A stretch of 63,946 bases of DNA, filler included, from Hyphochytrium catenoides (taxonomy: Eukaryota; Protista; Hyphochytriomycota): NCBI GenBank assembly GCA_900088475.1. It is 8 parts of 8 records of this genome, joined end to end, with 100 filler letters (N's around TTAATTAATTAA, not from the genome) between each part and the next. Parts side by side here need not be neighbours in the genome. Positions count along the whole stretch, not along the records: positions 1 to 3,517 come from FLMG01000506.1; positions 3,618 to 18,046 come from FLMG01003545.1; 6 more parts are not named here. One strand, given 5' to 3'. Positions 1 to 10,300 of the stretch are shown in pieces; the first letter of the stretch is position 1, and each line of letters opens with the position of its first letter. The translations under genes were made by a program, and so were the position numbers. The notes beneath the pieces were generated by a model, which saw only the letters and a program-made list of their open reading frames with translations, was not told the origin of the DNA and did not search any database.

Positions 1-600
1 GGAATAGTTGGCATAGTCAGAATAGCTCTAGATTATGGGACCCCAGCTGGGCTTATAAGTAGAGCTCTCTCATCTAATGACATTGTCCAATCATCCCATA
101 TAATCCAACACTGTCTTTGTGAGACCTGCATTCTTGCGAAGCTAACTCGTAAGCCTTACCACGCTCAGCCCCATAAGACAACAAGACTGCTGGAACTTCT
201 GCACGCCGACGTTGGCATTGTCAATACTCGTAGCTATCAGGATTATGTACATTGTCTGCTCGTGGTGGATGATCACTCTCGGAGGTGCTTTGTGCAATTT
301 CTTCGGAGCAAAGGAGAAGCAGAAGCTAAGTTGGAGGAGCTCATTCTTTTCATTGAGAACCAGATGGGTTAGCAGTGCTGCTCGCAGAGTGTCTTCTCGC
401 TCGCCCGGGGATCCTGCACTCTCCTACACCTGCTTATCCCCCCTCTAGCAACGGCTGCTGTGAACGCTGGATGAGAATTGTCATGAGGCGACGAGATGCT
501 GCCTTCTGATTGCTACTGACCTGCCTCGTTTTTTTGGGCAGATGCATTGGCCTCCGCAGTTCATGTGATCAATCGCTGTCCTACTGCTTCTTCACTCGAT
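1..600 (+). mobile_element. Ty1/copia retrotransposon remnant: GAG-pre-integrase Cys pair and integrase core, degenerate
   Basis: Frame 1 reads CLCETCILAKLTRKPY...LLELLHADVG...CLLVVDDHSRRCFVQFLRSKGEA up to a stop at about 370. Frameshifted continuation reads SNGCCERW...LPRFF/WADALASAVHVINRCPT, typical of copia integrase. Confidence 0.85.
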
Positions 601-905
601 GGCGCTAAGCTCATACCGAGAGCCCACCGTGGCTTTCTGGGGCCGGAGCCAGAGAGCAGCGTTGCTGATGGGACAGAGACGAGCGAGCTTGGCGAAGATG
701 AAGATCATCCGGCAGCTTCTTCTCCCTCCTCTCCGACCACAATCACTTCTCCACTCGGTCCTATCACTCGTGGTCGTGATAGACTGCTACAGGAAGACTC
801 TCTCTCTTTTCTAATGGGCCAGGTTAATCTTGTTAGATTTTATCATTTGATGGTGAGCACTTTGAGTTAATATTCGGGGTGTCTGGATATACCGGAGAAA
901 AGTTT

Positions 906-986
906 TGTACGCTCCGGGATTTGAACCCAGGACCTCTGTCTTTGATGCCGACACCCTAACCAGTATGCACCATACACCAAACGTAC
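906..986 (-). pseudogene. tRNA-like element (tRNA pseudogene or tRNA-derived SINE head)
   Basis: Minus strand has a 7-bp acceptor stem GTACGTT/AGCGTAC plus A, a T-arm CTGGG-TTCAAAT-CCCGG (B box), a variable loop AGGTC, an A-box-like TGGTGTATGG and TTTT just downstream. The anticodon arm does not fold canonically. Confidence 0.65.
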
Positions 987-1100
987 ACTTGACTAATCTC
1001 CGTTTCTGTTTATATACCAGGGATTTTCCCCCTCTGCGTCGTCCGTTGTACACTTTTTGGTTTCAGCGTCGATCACAGTTCAACAAATCTTCTGCATGTC

Positions 1101-1480
1101 TCTGAAACCAAAAACAGTCAGCGAGGCACTCTCTGGACCTCATACCACAGAATGGCTAGCCGCCATTAACTCAGAGCTTACATCAATGCAGTCCTAATAG
1201 GTCTTAAGACTATGCTGTCTGCTCGTTTCTCCGTCACCGAACTGGGGGAGTTAAGTATGTTATTATGTATGAGATTTGAACACACTCTTATTTAGGTTTC
1301 GTGGTCTACTGATATGCTCAGAGTGAGTATGAGGGCCTGTTTCCTAGTTATCACGTTGCCTAGTTCTTCCGCAGAGTAACTGTGTCTCGTATAAACTACC
1401 AGACTCAGTTACTACTTCTTGACGTCACATGATGACTTACCTAATGATAATAACCTAGTTATCATAGCTCTAAAACACTT
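1101..1480 (+). mobile_element. copia remnant: pre-RT motif, polypurine tract and possible 3' LTR
   Basis: Reads KPKTVSEALSGPHTTEWLAAINSELTSM (the copia EPKT..EAL...W..A...EL motif), then GGGGGAG at about 1244-1250, then an AT-richer stretch with TATAAA ending in AAAACA at about 1477. Confidence 0.45.
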
Positions 1481-1564
1481 TGTTTTATTATGCCTTCTTC
1501 CTCTCGTCAGATAGAGTCTGGAACTGTGAGCCTTTTAGAGCTTTTGTCAGTTTTTGCTCTCAAC

Positions 1565-3125
1565 TCCTCCCCGCAGGTCCAGACTTCCTGAGTGTTCGTC
1601 GGCCTCTGCCTTGTCCTCCCCGGAAAGTAGACTTTGTCTTACAACGGAAGTGGACGGGACAATCCCGAGTTGCGGAAGAAGTTCTCGGAACTGAGTGATG
1701 GTAACGCCTTCGTGAGAATGTCGGCAGTCATCTTGGTTGGACAGTGTTGCAATTCCAAGACTTTGCGATTCACCTGACCTCTAACCACACAGTGTTTGAC
1801 ATCAGTATATTTCGATTTTGGTCTCGGCGTCTCGCAGACTGTTATTGTGCTCTTGTTGTCTTGATGTGCGAGGATGGGTCTACTCAGTGGGTACTGAAGC
1901 TCCTGTAAGAAATAAGAGATGTGTTCTGCATGTTTGGCTCCAGTCCAAAGTGAGTTGCACTCAGCTTCAGTGGTTGAAGAAGCCACTATGTCTTGCTTCT
2001 TAGCTTTCCAACTGAAAGCTCCAGTCCCCAGTATAAGAAAGTAGCCTGAAATGGATTTCCTGTTCATATGATCATTTGCCCAGTCTGCATCTGCAAAGAG
2101 TTGTAATCTTGGACTCTGATTGATGTCTGGGGTAGCTTCTCCTCCTAGACATAAGAAGTGGTCTGCAGTCCCTTTCAGATATCTCAGTATCCGCTTCACA
2201 GCGGCGCAGTGAGTCTGTCTATAGTTATTCATATGCTGGCTAACCGATTGTACCGCGAAGGCTATATCTGGCCTGGAGGCTACCATCAGATGCATAAGAC
2301 TGCCAACAGCATTCCTGTACGGTATCTTGAGTAGATATTCCTCCTCTTCAGAAGTCAGTGTAGAGAGAGAGTCTGCCTTGGGTAGCTTTTCACCGGGAGT
2401 AACAGGCGTGGGTTACAATCTTCCATGCCATAGCGTTTCAGAAGGTCTTAAATAAATCTTCGTTGGCGAAGGTAAATCTTCCGATTTTTTGGATCCCTAA
2501 TAACTTCTACTCCTAGGAAGTATTGGAGTTGTCCTAAGTCCTTCACACCAAATCTGTCCTTTAGAAGTCCTTTAACTTGATCCGCACGATTGATACTTGG
2601 CGCGAAAATCAGCAGGTCGTCTACGAAAGTCGAAACGATGGTCGGCTTGCCATCCTCCCCGGATCTGTTGATGTAGACGCAAGGTTCACACAAGCTGGGT
2701 TCAAATCCGTTGTCGCGAAGATAACTGTCTAATACTTTGTTCCATTCGCGAGGACTTAGTTTGAGCCCATAATTGCTGCGCTTTAGCTTACAAACCAGAT
2801 GTTCCTGTCCTGCTTGAGCGAATCCTGGGGGTTGGCGCATGTATATGGTCTCGTGTCAAGATCTCCATGGAGAAAGGCAGTACGAAAATCCAGATGATGA
2901 ATCTCAAAGTCGTACATCGCAGCTAGAGAGAGGATATATCGACAGACCCATAGCTGACTACTGGCGCAAATACCTCGTTGTAATCGACCCCTGTTTCTGA
3001 TTGTAGCCTTGAGCAACGAGTCGTGCCTTATAGCGATCGATGGTGCCATCACTTCCATATTTTACGCGAAATACCCATTTACACCCTGATGAACTTTACA
3101 GAGCTGGGTGGCAATGCCTGAAGCT
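1565..3125 (-). mobile_element. Ty1/copia reverse transcriptase-RNase H, frameshifted
   Basis: RT motifs GCKWVFRVK, HHLDFRTAFLHGDL, VCKLKRSNYGLKLSPREWN and FVDDLLI; YRNAVGSLMHLMVASRPDIAFAV; RNase H motifs FADADWA, RKSISGY, SSTTEAE and ADILTKAL. The reading frame is split by frameshifts, and a PPT-like GGGGAGGAG follows at about 1565-1573. Confidence 0.95.
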
Positions 3126-3127
3126 TC

Positions 3128-3434
3128 TGTATGAGCACAATCTAGATGAAACGATAACAAAGGGACTTGGTATTGATGTGTGATGGAGATTTCTCTAATC
3201 ATCACTCAGTCCTGAGAGCCTGGTCTGGACTCGAGATCTTTTGCTCGGCCCAGCTTCCCTCATCATCTCTCTCTCCTCTGCTGCTCCTGTGTTCTTCTGG
3301 AAATTCTTCTCACATCCCTCTTTCCCATAACACAGGTGTAATCGTAAGGTCTATGTCCCTGAGAGCTAGGTGTGTATAGAGAGCGACTACTGTACTACTG
3401 ACAACGAACATAGTAGCACTCAGCACTCCCCCTC
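3128..3434 (-). mobile_element. putative LTR of a third copia element abutting or interrupting the RT fragment
   Basis: Minus strand reads ...EKLGM followed by PPT GAGGGGGAG (3434-3426) and immediately TG (3425). RT similarity of the neighbouring element stops abruptly at about 3125. The left boundary is approximate. Confidence 0.45.
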
Positions 3435-3517
3435 ATACCTAGCTTCTCTGGGTCATTAGTGGTGAGGGTAGAATTAACTCACCTAATTGTCGCTCTCACT
3501 CACTCTCTCCCCCTCAG

Positions 3518-3617
3518 NNNNNNNNNNNNNNNNNNNNNNNNNNNNNNNNNNNNNNNNNNNNTTAATTAATTAANNNNNNNNNNNNNNNNNNNNNNNNNNN
3601 NNNNNNNNNNNNNNNNN
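3518..3617. other. artificial contig linker (N44-TTAATTAATTAA-N44)
   Basis: An identical 100-bp spacer with stops in all six frames recurs seven times in the window. Confidence 0.98.
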
Positions 3618-3974
3618 AGAGAGAGAGAGAGAGAGAGAAGAGAGACAGATCCCAGAGGAAGGAGAGAAGGCCAGGAAAATAGCCCGTTAGTGGACAACCT
3701 GTTGAACACGGGTTGTGTCGCAAAGGACCCTCGACATTAAGGCAGACTTCTAGCTCTTCTCTTTCCTCTCTCTCCCTCTCCTGGCTTGCTCTCTGTCCGC
3801 TTCTCTCTCTTCCTGGTCTGGGTAATCTCTCCGTCCGCTCTCTCTCTCTCTCTCTCCTTCTTTTCTCAGTTCTTTGAACGTGTGAGGAAGCTGATATCAT
3901 GGCGCTCCTCACGCTTACCGCATCCATAAATCATATCTTCATCCCAAGTAGTCGTTGTCTTTCAGCAAAGGAGC

Positions 3975-3980
3975 ATGAAA

Positions 3981-4024
<44 letters not shown>

Positions 4025-4959
4025 CAGAGGGGAGAGATTGTCAGAGAGAAAGACAAAGAAAGAGACGGTGGAAGAGAAGGAAGAAGTTAGTGCGGAGGGG
4101 GTAGAGACAGGGAAGATAGGTCTTAAGAAGAAAGCATCGCGAGAGCGAGACATCGTGTCTGTACAAGGGAAGGATTGAGTATGTAAACGAATCTGCATAG
4201 CGAACACGGCCGGCAGAGAGAAAAGAGAAAGAGAGGAGAGACACAGAGAGAAAGAGAAGAGAGGGAGCGAGAGAGGAGAGAGGGAGAGAGAGAGGAGAGA
4301 GAGATAGAGAGGTGGGGGGCGGGGGGAAGAGAGAGAGAGACGGGCGAAGAGAGAGAGAGAGGGAGAGAGAGAGGAAGAGAGAGAGAGGGACCGAGAGATG
4401 AAGACAGAGAAAGAGAGAGACCGAGAGACGAACACAGAGAAAGAGAGAGAAAGATGACCACCAAGTAACAAACTCCATAGATAGAAGAGAAGCTCTCACA
4501 GGAAAGCCGCCGTAGGATCCTCCGATCATGAAGGGCTGAGCCTCCGGCAGCAGCGCCATCTGTCTCATGGAAACACAGCGGCCGTGACCGGAGCAGTCGT
4601 TGGGACATCTCACTTGGAAGAGCAGGGAGAAGACAGAAAAAAGAAAGAGAGAGAGAATGAGGAGACTGGTGTGTGAAAAAGAGAGGAAGACTGGAGAGAA
4701 CAGCTAGGAATTGCATCATGCAGAACTTTAACAAACAAGACAGGGACAGAAAAACGGAGAGAAAAGGGAAAGGAAACTCTGGGGGAAGAAGAGGCAAAGA
4801 GAGGGACAGAGGAAGAAGACAGAGAAAGAGAAAGAGAGAAAAGGGAAGGGAAGGAGAAAGAGAGAGAGAAAAAGGAAGGGAGAGAAGGAGAGAGAGAGAG
4901 GCACAGGGAAAGAAAGAGAGAGAGAGAGAAAGAGAAAGAAAGAGAGAGAGAGAGGGAGG

Positions 4960-5006
<47 letters not shown>

Positions 5007-5731
5007 GACAAAAGCGAGAGAGAGCGATTGATGCTTACTTCTCTGACAGGCTTTCCCTGTGTACCCTGGGTCGCAGATGCATTTGCCGGTGGTTCGATCG
5101 CAGGTTCCTCTGTTAGAGCACTCAGCCAAGCCGTGAGCCGTCTCGTGATTCAAAGGAATGTCAGCCCAAGCCTTCCCAGCAGGGCACGTCCCTAGGGAAT
5201 AAAGGAAATGAGAGAGGAGGGAGATGGAGAGGGCATCAGAGAGAGAGGAAAGAGAAAGAGTAAGGCCAGAAGTGAGAGATATAAGAGATCTGAGAGAGGA
5301 TAGAGAGAAACCCAGAGATATGGGAGAGAGAGAGGAGAGAAAGGAGGAGGGAGAGAAAGGAGAGAGAAAGAGACAGAGAAAAACAGAGGGAGAGGGACTG
5401 AAAGAGAGAGAGAGAGAGAGGATATCGAGGAACAAGGGTGGATTTACATGTAAAAGAAAAGAATACAGAACGTAGAGAGGCAGGGGCGTGGAGTAGGAGG
5501 GGAGAGACCACCAGCCAGAATGAACCAGAAGAGAAGACGAGGAGAAGAGACTCTGTGGGAGGAGGAACATAGTTGGAATGTTGATAATGAAAGAGAAAGT
5601 CCCCCGAGCTCTAGCCTCCTAAGACAAGACAGACCAAGAGATAGAGAAAAGAAAGAGAGGCCTTCTGAAGAAGAAAGAAAAAAAAGAGAGAGAGAGAGAG
5701 AAAAAGAGAGAGGAGAGAGAGAAAGAGAGAG

Positions 5732-5766
<35 letters not shown>

Positions 5767-6481
5767 AGAGAGATCTTACTTGCTGAGCAGTCTGCTGCTC
5801 TGTATAATGTAATATCACTGTCTGCGCCCCAGCCTTCAAAGCACTCGCATCGGTTGATGGTCGGTACACAGCGCCCGTGCCCGTTGCAGTTGTTCAGAGG
5901 CACGCAATATCCATAGAGAAGAGGTGCAGAAGCTGTCACCCAGGACGGAAAAGACAGAAAAAGAAAGAAGAAAAGAGAGAGAAGAAGACGGCCCATTGGT
6001 TTATAGGAGAGAGAAAGGCAGAGCGAACCCTGCGTGGGAGAGAGAGAGAGAGAGAAAGGTTTCCGATGGGAGATCTTGCGCCTTAAAGGATAAGCGGAGA
6101 GAGAAAGAAAGATGAGACAAATTGCTCGACCTGCTTCAGATGATGGAGCAGGAGAGAGGAGAGGTCAACAACCTTCCGCTGAGAAGAAATAAGCTGGGAT
6201 GAGGTGGTTGCAGATCCTCAATGCCAAGAGATAGGGAAGGAATGGAGAGGTGGGAGAGAAGAAAGCCGGAGCGAGGCTAAATGAAGATTCGCTGAGATAA
6301 AAAAGAGAGGAAGGACCCGATATCGGCAAGAAGGATACTTTAGACCAATGAGGAGTGGAGAAAGGTACAAGAGAACATAGCTTTGAAGGCTCGTTAGCTC
6401 TAGCCTGCCAGAGTGAAGAGAGAAGAGAGAGACTAGAAACACCGGGAAGCGAAGAAAGGAAGACAGGGAAGGGTATGTTAT

Positions 6482-6538
<57 letters not shown>

Positions 6539-6650
6539 AGAGAAGGAGAGAGAGAGATAAAGGGAAAGAGAGAGAGAGAGAAACAGAGAGGAGAGAGAAT
6601 GACAGAGACAGAGAAGAAGTAGACGAAGAGAGGAGAGACATCTTGAACAT
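3975..6650. repeat. dense (GA)n / purine-rich low-complexity tracts filling the introns and flanks
   Basis: Long perfect and degenerate AG runs, e.g. about 4915-5002 and 6485-6532. Confidence 0.95.
4500..5996 (-). CDS. secreted EGF/tenascin-repeat protein of the stramenopile tubular-mastigoneme (Sig/Ocm-like) type; 5' exons only
   Basis: Exons 5996-5780, 5191-5039 and 4612-4500 have GT-AG boundaries and compatible phases. They encode a signal peptide plus NNCNGHGRC...CECFEGWG...DCSARTCPAGKAWADIP...[49 protein letters not shown]. The 3' part is not found before the contig end. Confidence 0.8.
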
Positions 6651-7310
6651 CTTCTGTGACGCTTCATCTGCATCTAGTAATAGTTACCAAGCATCAGAAC
6701 ATATATCTATGTACAATCCTCCGTAGTAATACCTATATAACATTGATTTCTCGTGTACTGTTTTACAGTTATCACTCTATCAGGGAGAAGAGAGAGAGAT
6801 TGAAAGAGGAGGAAACGAGAGAGAGAAAGAGAGAAGCAAGAAACAGAGAGAGACAAGGAAGAGAGAAGAATAGTTCTCCGAGAGAAGGTAAGACAGAGCG
6901 GAAGAAGGAGGAACCCGAGAGACGCAGAAGGATCTGCGCTCAGCGTGAAAGAGAACATGGAATAGCGGGGCAACCCGAACCCCTAGACCTCAGGCCAGGT
7001 CGTCGTACTCATCGAAGCAAGACCTCGTTAGAAGTTGGTGAGTGCCCTAAGCTGAGGATCATCATAAAAGCATGGGCAACGACTATAAGTACAGCTCTTT
7101 AGGTTCAAAGCAGGCTAGGCAGTCTGTATGTCTAACGCCCCTGCCCTTGGGGAGTAAGGAGTAGCATCAATGACGTCTGGATCCACCTCTTGCTCTCTCT
7201 CCTTTCCGTCTCTCTCTCTTTCTCCTCATAGGGCTACTCGTTTCTCTCCTTCTTAGTTCTAGGATTCCGCGACTTTCTTTTATCTGAACTTCCATCCGGA
7301 TTAGTCCTTC

Positions 7311-10300
7311 CTACTCCGCTTTGTGCGATGAGGTCTCCTCTGTCTCTTTCCCTTCCATCACTGTCTCAATTCGCTTATTGGGATGGGCCGATGGAGAGTC
7401 AGAAGAGAATGTTCCTCTTCTTAAAAAGACATCCGCAGCGTGTCTTGCTCCCATAGCTGCATCCACAGTGCGACCAAGGGTCTTGTCTTCTCTACTGCCA
7501 CCACTGAATAGCCTTAGGATGTGTGTGGTATCGGTGCGGAAGAGAGAGAGAGAGAGAGAGAGTGAGAGAGAGAGCGTGTGTATGTGTCAGCGGTATCACA
7601 TGGCAGATGGGAGAAAGGTTCACGCTACATTGAAGCAAGAAAAGACCAAAGCAATCAAATGTATTGCTCTAACCTCGTTGATTTCCCCAGTCCAGAGCTC
7701 ATGCGGCGGTAAGAGTCTCTCTCCTCTCTCCTTTGGAACTTGAAGCCCGCATAGAGAATCAGTTTGACTGTCTCAGTAGCGGTCGATCTTCCCAGACACA
7801 CACCAGGGATCCAAGCGATAACAGCGCGATTAGATAGTTGCACAGTGGACAAACATGCACATATTAACAAGGAAAAGCGAAAAGCGAGAAAGAACAAGAG
7901 CTTCTGGTGAGAGATAGTGAGAGCTTTGACAGGAGCCAATGACACCCCTGAGGCAGACTATTTCAATGAGACCAGCCAAGCGATTTCAGGCGTAAGCAAG
8001 TTAGAAGAAGGACAATGACGTCATGTCAAATGAAGGACGGGCAGGGCATGAAAGCGACAAAAAGCATATCTCTCAGACTCTCTCTCTTCATTGTCACCAT
8101 GTACCTGTTCATGGTCTGTTCGGTTGGTGGTAGGAAAGAGTAAGGGACGAGGTAGTTATGCAGCTTCTTCTCATCATCTTGGGTTGGCCCGTACTTCCAG
8201 CCTTGCTCCATGCGTTTGTGCGCCCAGGTCTCATGCGTATTCTGTGCTAACATTTCTACCAGTTCCCGGAGCTGAGGAGGAATGACGACGTCGTCAGTGT
8301 TGACAGGCCGAGGCGTGTACGTCCCCTCTCCCTCTACTGGCTCTCCAAAGTGCCAGATTCGACTGTCAAAGTCGTCCTCTTTCCTGAGGAAATAGCCTGA
8401 CAATACGAGGCGAAGCAAGAATGAGAACGACAACGAAGTTGGTCACGTGAACAAGAAACGGAGAGAGAGAGACAAGCGGAACAGCTTTCTAAGAGAGGTT
8501 CAAGCGGGAGAAGTCAGTGAGAAAGGCCGACGGTGCAATAAATGATAAAGAAGCTAAGCAGAGACCGAACAAGCATAACAGGTTATTACGGAAGCAGCAC
8601 ACTCAGAAGGACTCAAAAGAGAGAGCGATAGAGAGACTGACCTAATGACTGGATGACCTTAAGCGCTTCTATGGAAGTATCTCTATCGTACTGCTTGGTC
8701 TCTTCAGTCAGCAAGTTATAAGGTATAAGATCGGGGTGGAGCTTCCTTTCATTGTCCCTCTGGATGAAGCACATAAAGAGGAGAGAGAGAGCGGGAATGA
8801 GAAAGAGACAAAGTCAACGATCTAGCAGTGGACAGGCGGAGGAAAGTCACCTGCCAAAACAGGTAGGCAGGCGATTGGGGAGAAAGGATGTATGCGGGAG
8901 ACGCGACTTCCCTCAATTAAATCGTGACAGGAAGCTTGAAGATGAAAGCAGCGAGAGAGAGAACAACGCAATCAAAGAGGAGAAGGCCGTGGGCGGACTA
9001 CGCCCACATAAAGCTGAGGGAGAGGAGAAGAGAGAGAGAAAAATGAGAGAAAGATACTCACCTGCTTTCCAAAGCGCCAGCCCTGTGCCACCTTCCCTTG
9101 AGCCCAAACCTCATGCGCGTTTTGAGCCAAGAACTCGGAGAGAAGAATAACGTGAGGAGGCAACTTGATGTCCATTGTGTCCAAAGGCTTTGGCTTGTAC
9201 TTCTCCCAGATTAGCTCTCCCTTATCCATACGAGACAGAGCATCTGGAAAGCGTTCAACCAGATAGACTGCCTCTTCTTGCACCTGCCCAGGGAAGAGAA
9301 AAGCGTAAGCTAAGAAAGAGTAGACTACTTTAGAGACGAGAGTGAGAAACGGCTTGGAGAGGAGGAAGAGAGCAACAACAGACCTTCTCTTCAAGGTTGT
9401 CAATCTTCCACTGTCTTTTGTGCGCTTTCTTCAGGATAAACATTCTAATCTCTCTTATCAGCTCATCAAAGCGGCACATATGAGACGCTCCTCCTCTATC
9501 TGCTCCATTCTCCTTGTCCGTATCCGAGAAGTGCGTCCGCAGAAGGTCTTCGATATCTGCGTCATTTAGGAGTCGTGTCCTCAGCCTTCTCCTACATGCG
9601 AAGGTCCCGCACTGAGAGAACCAAGAGACGGTCTCCCAGAAGTAGGAAGCAATGTAGTAAAAGATCCAGGCCCGAAGAGGAACGATACATTTCTCTCCGC
9701 CCATAAGCGTGGCTTCATGATCCACTTCTACCCGGCATCTCCTGATGTGAGAACCGTCTCCTAGTCCTCGTTGACGGTGCCGGAAGCCTCTCTCCCTCTC
9801 TTCTCCTGGCCACTGCCCGCTCTGCTGATCTCCCAGCACTATAAGGCGGATTCGAAGGAGGTTCCCGTCATCTATAACTATCTCCATATTTCTCCTAAGA
9901 GAAGCGACAATACCAACTGCCTTTTCAGAGAGAGAAAAAACGGGTAGATAGATGGAGTGGACATAGTCTTGAGAAGAGGAGGAGGCACGCAGTCTTCTGC
10001 AAGCGCTGGCAGCATCTTCCTCATCGTTATTGAAGGTGTTGTAGCTCTTCGGCCCTCTTGCTCCGTCCCCGGCCTAAAAGCATCATGTCCACGAGAAGAC
10101 AAGAAGGAAGTTAGACGGGAAAGAAAAGAGAAGGGAGAGAGAGCGAGGTTGACTGAGCAAAGGGAATGAGGGGGCAGAGAGAGAGAGAGAAGGGCAAACC
10201 AGAGAAGAGAGATAAAATGAACAAAAGGGCATACAGATAACATGAAACAACCACCGCCAATGTCCCAGGAAGGAAAGTGAAGGACGAGAGAAGACGACAT

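Noticed and set aside
2697-2712. B-box-like GGTTCAAATCC
   Set aside because: It lies inside copia RT coding sequence (antisense of GFEP) and has no acceptor stem or A box.
3562-3573. Recurrent palindrome TTAATTAATTAA (7 copies) as a biological motif
   Set aside because: It is always centred in exactly 44+44 Ns, so it is an assembly concatenation linker. Adjacency across these linkers has no meaning.
3899-6673. Many ORFs rich in SL/ER/RE dipeptides, also throughout 46471-62861
   Set aside because: They are translations of (GA/CT)n tracts, which lack stop codons.
7730-9200. Bona fide ryanodine receptor gene
   Set aside because: Only the RyR repeat pair is present, spliced to a polycystin channel. 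No MIR, RIH or SPRY domains or RyR-type pore are seen.
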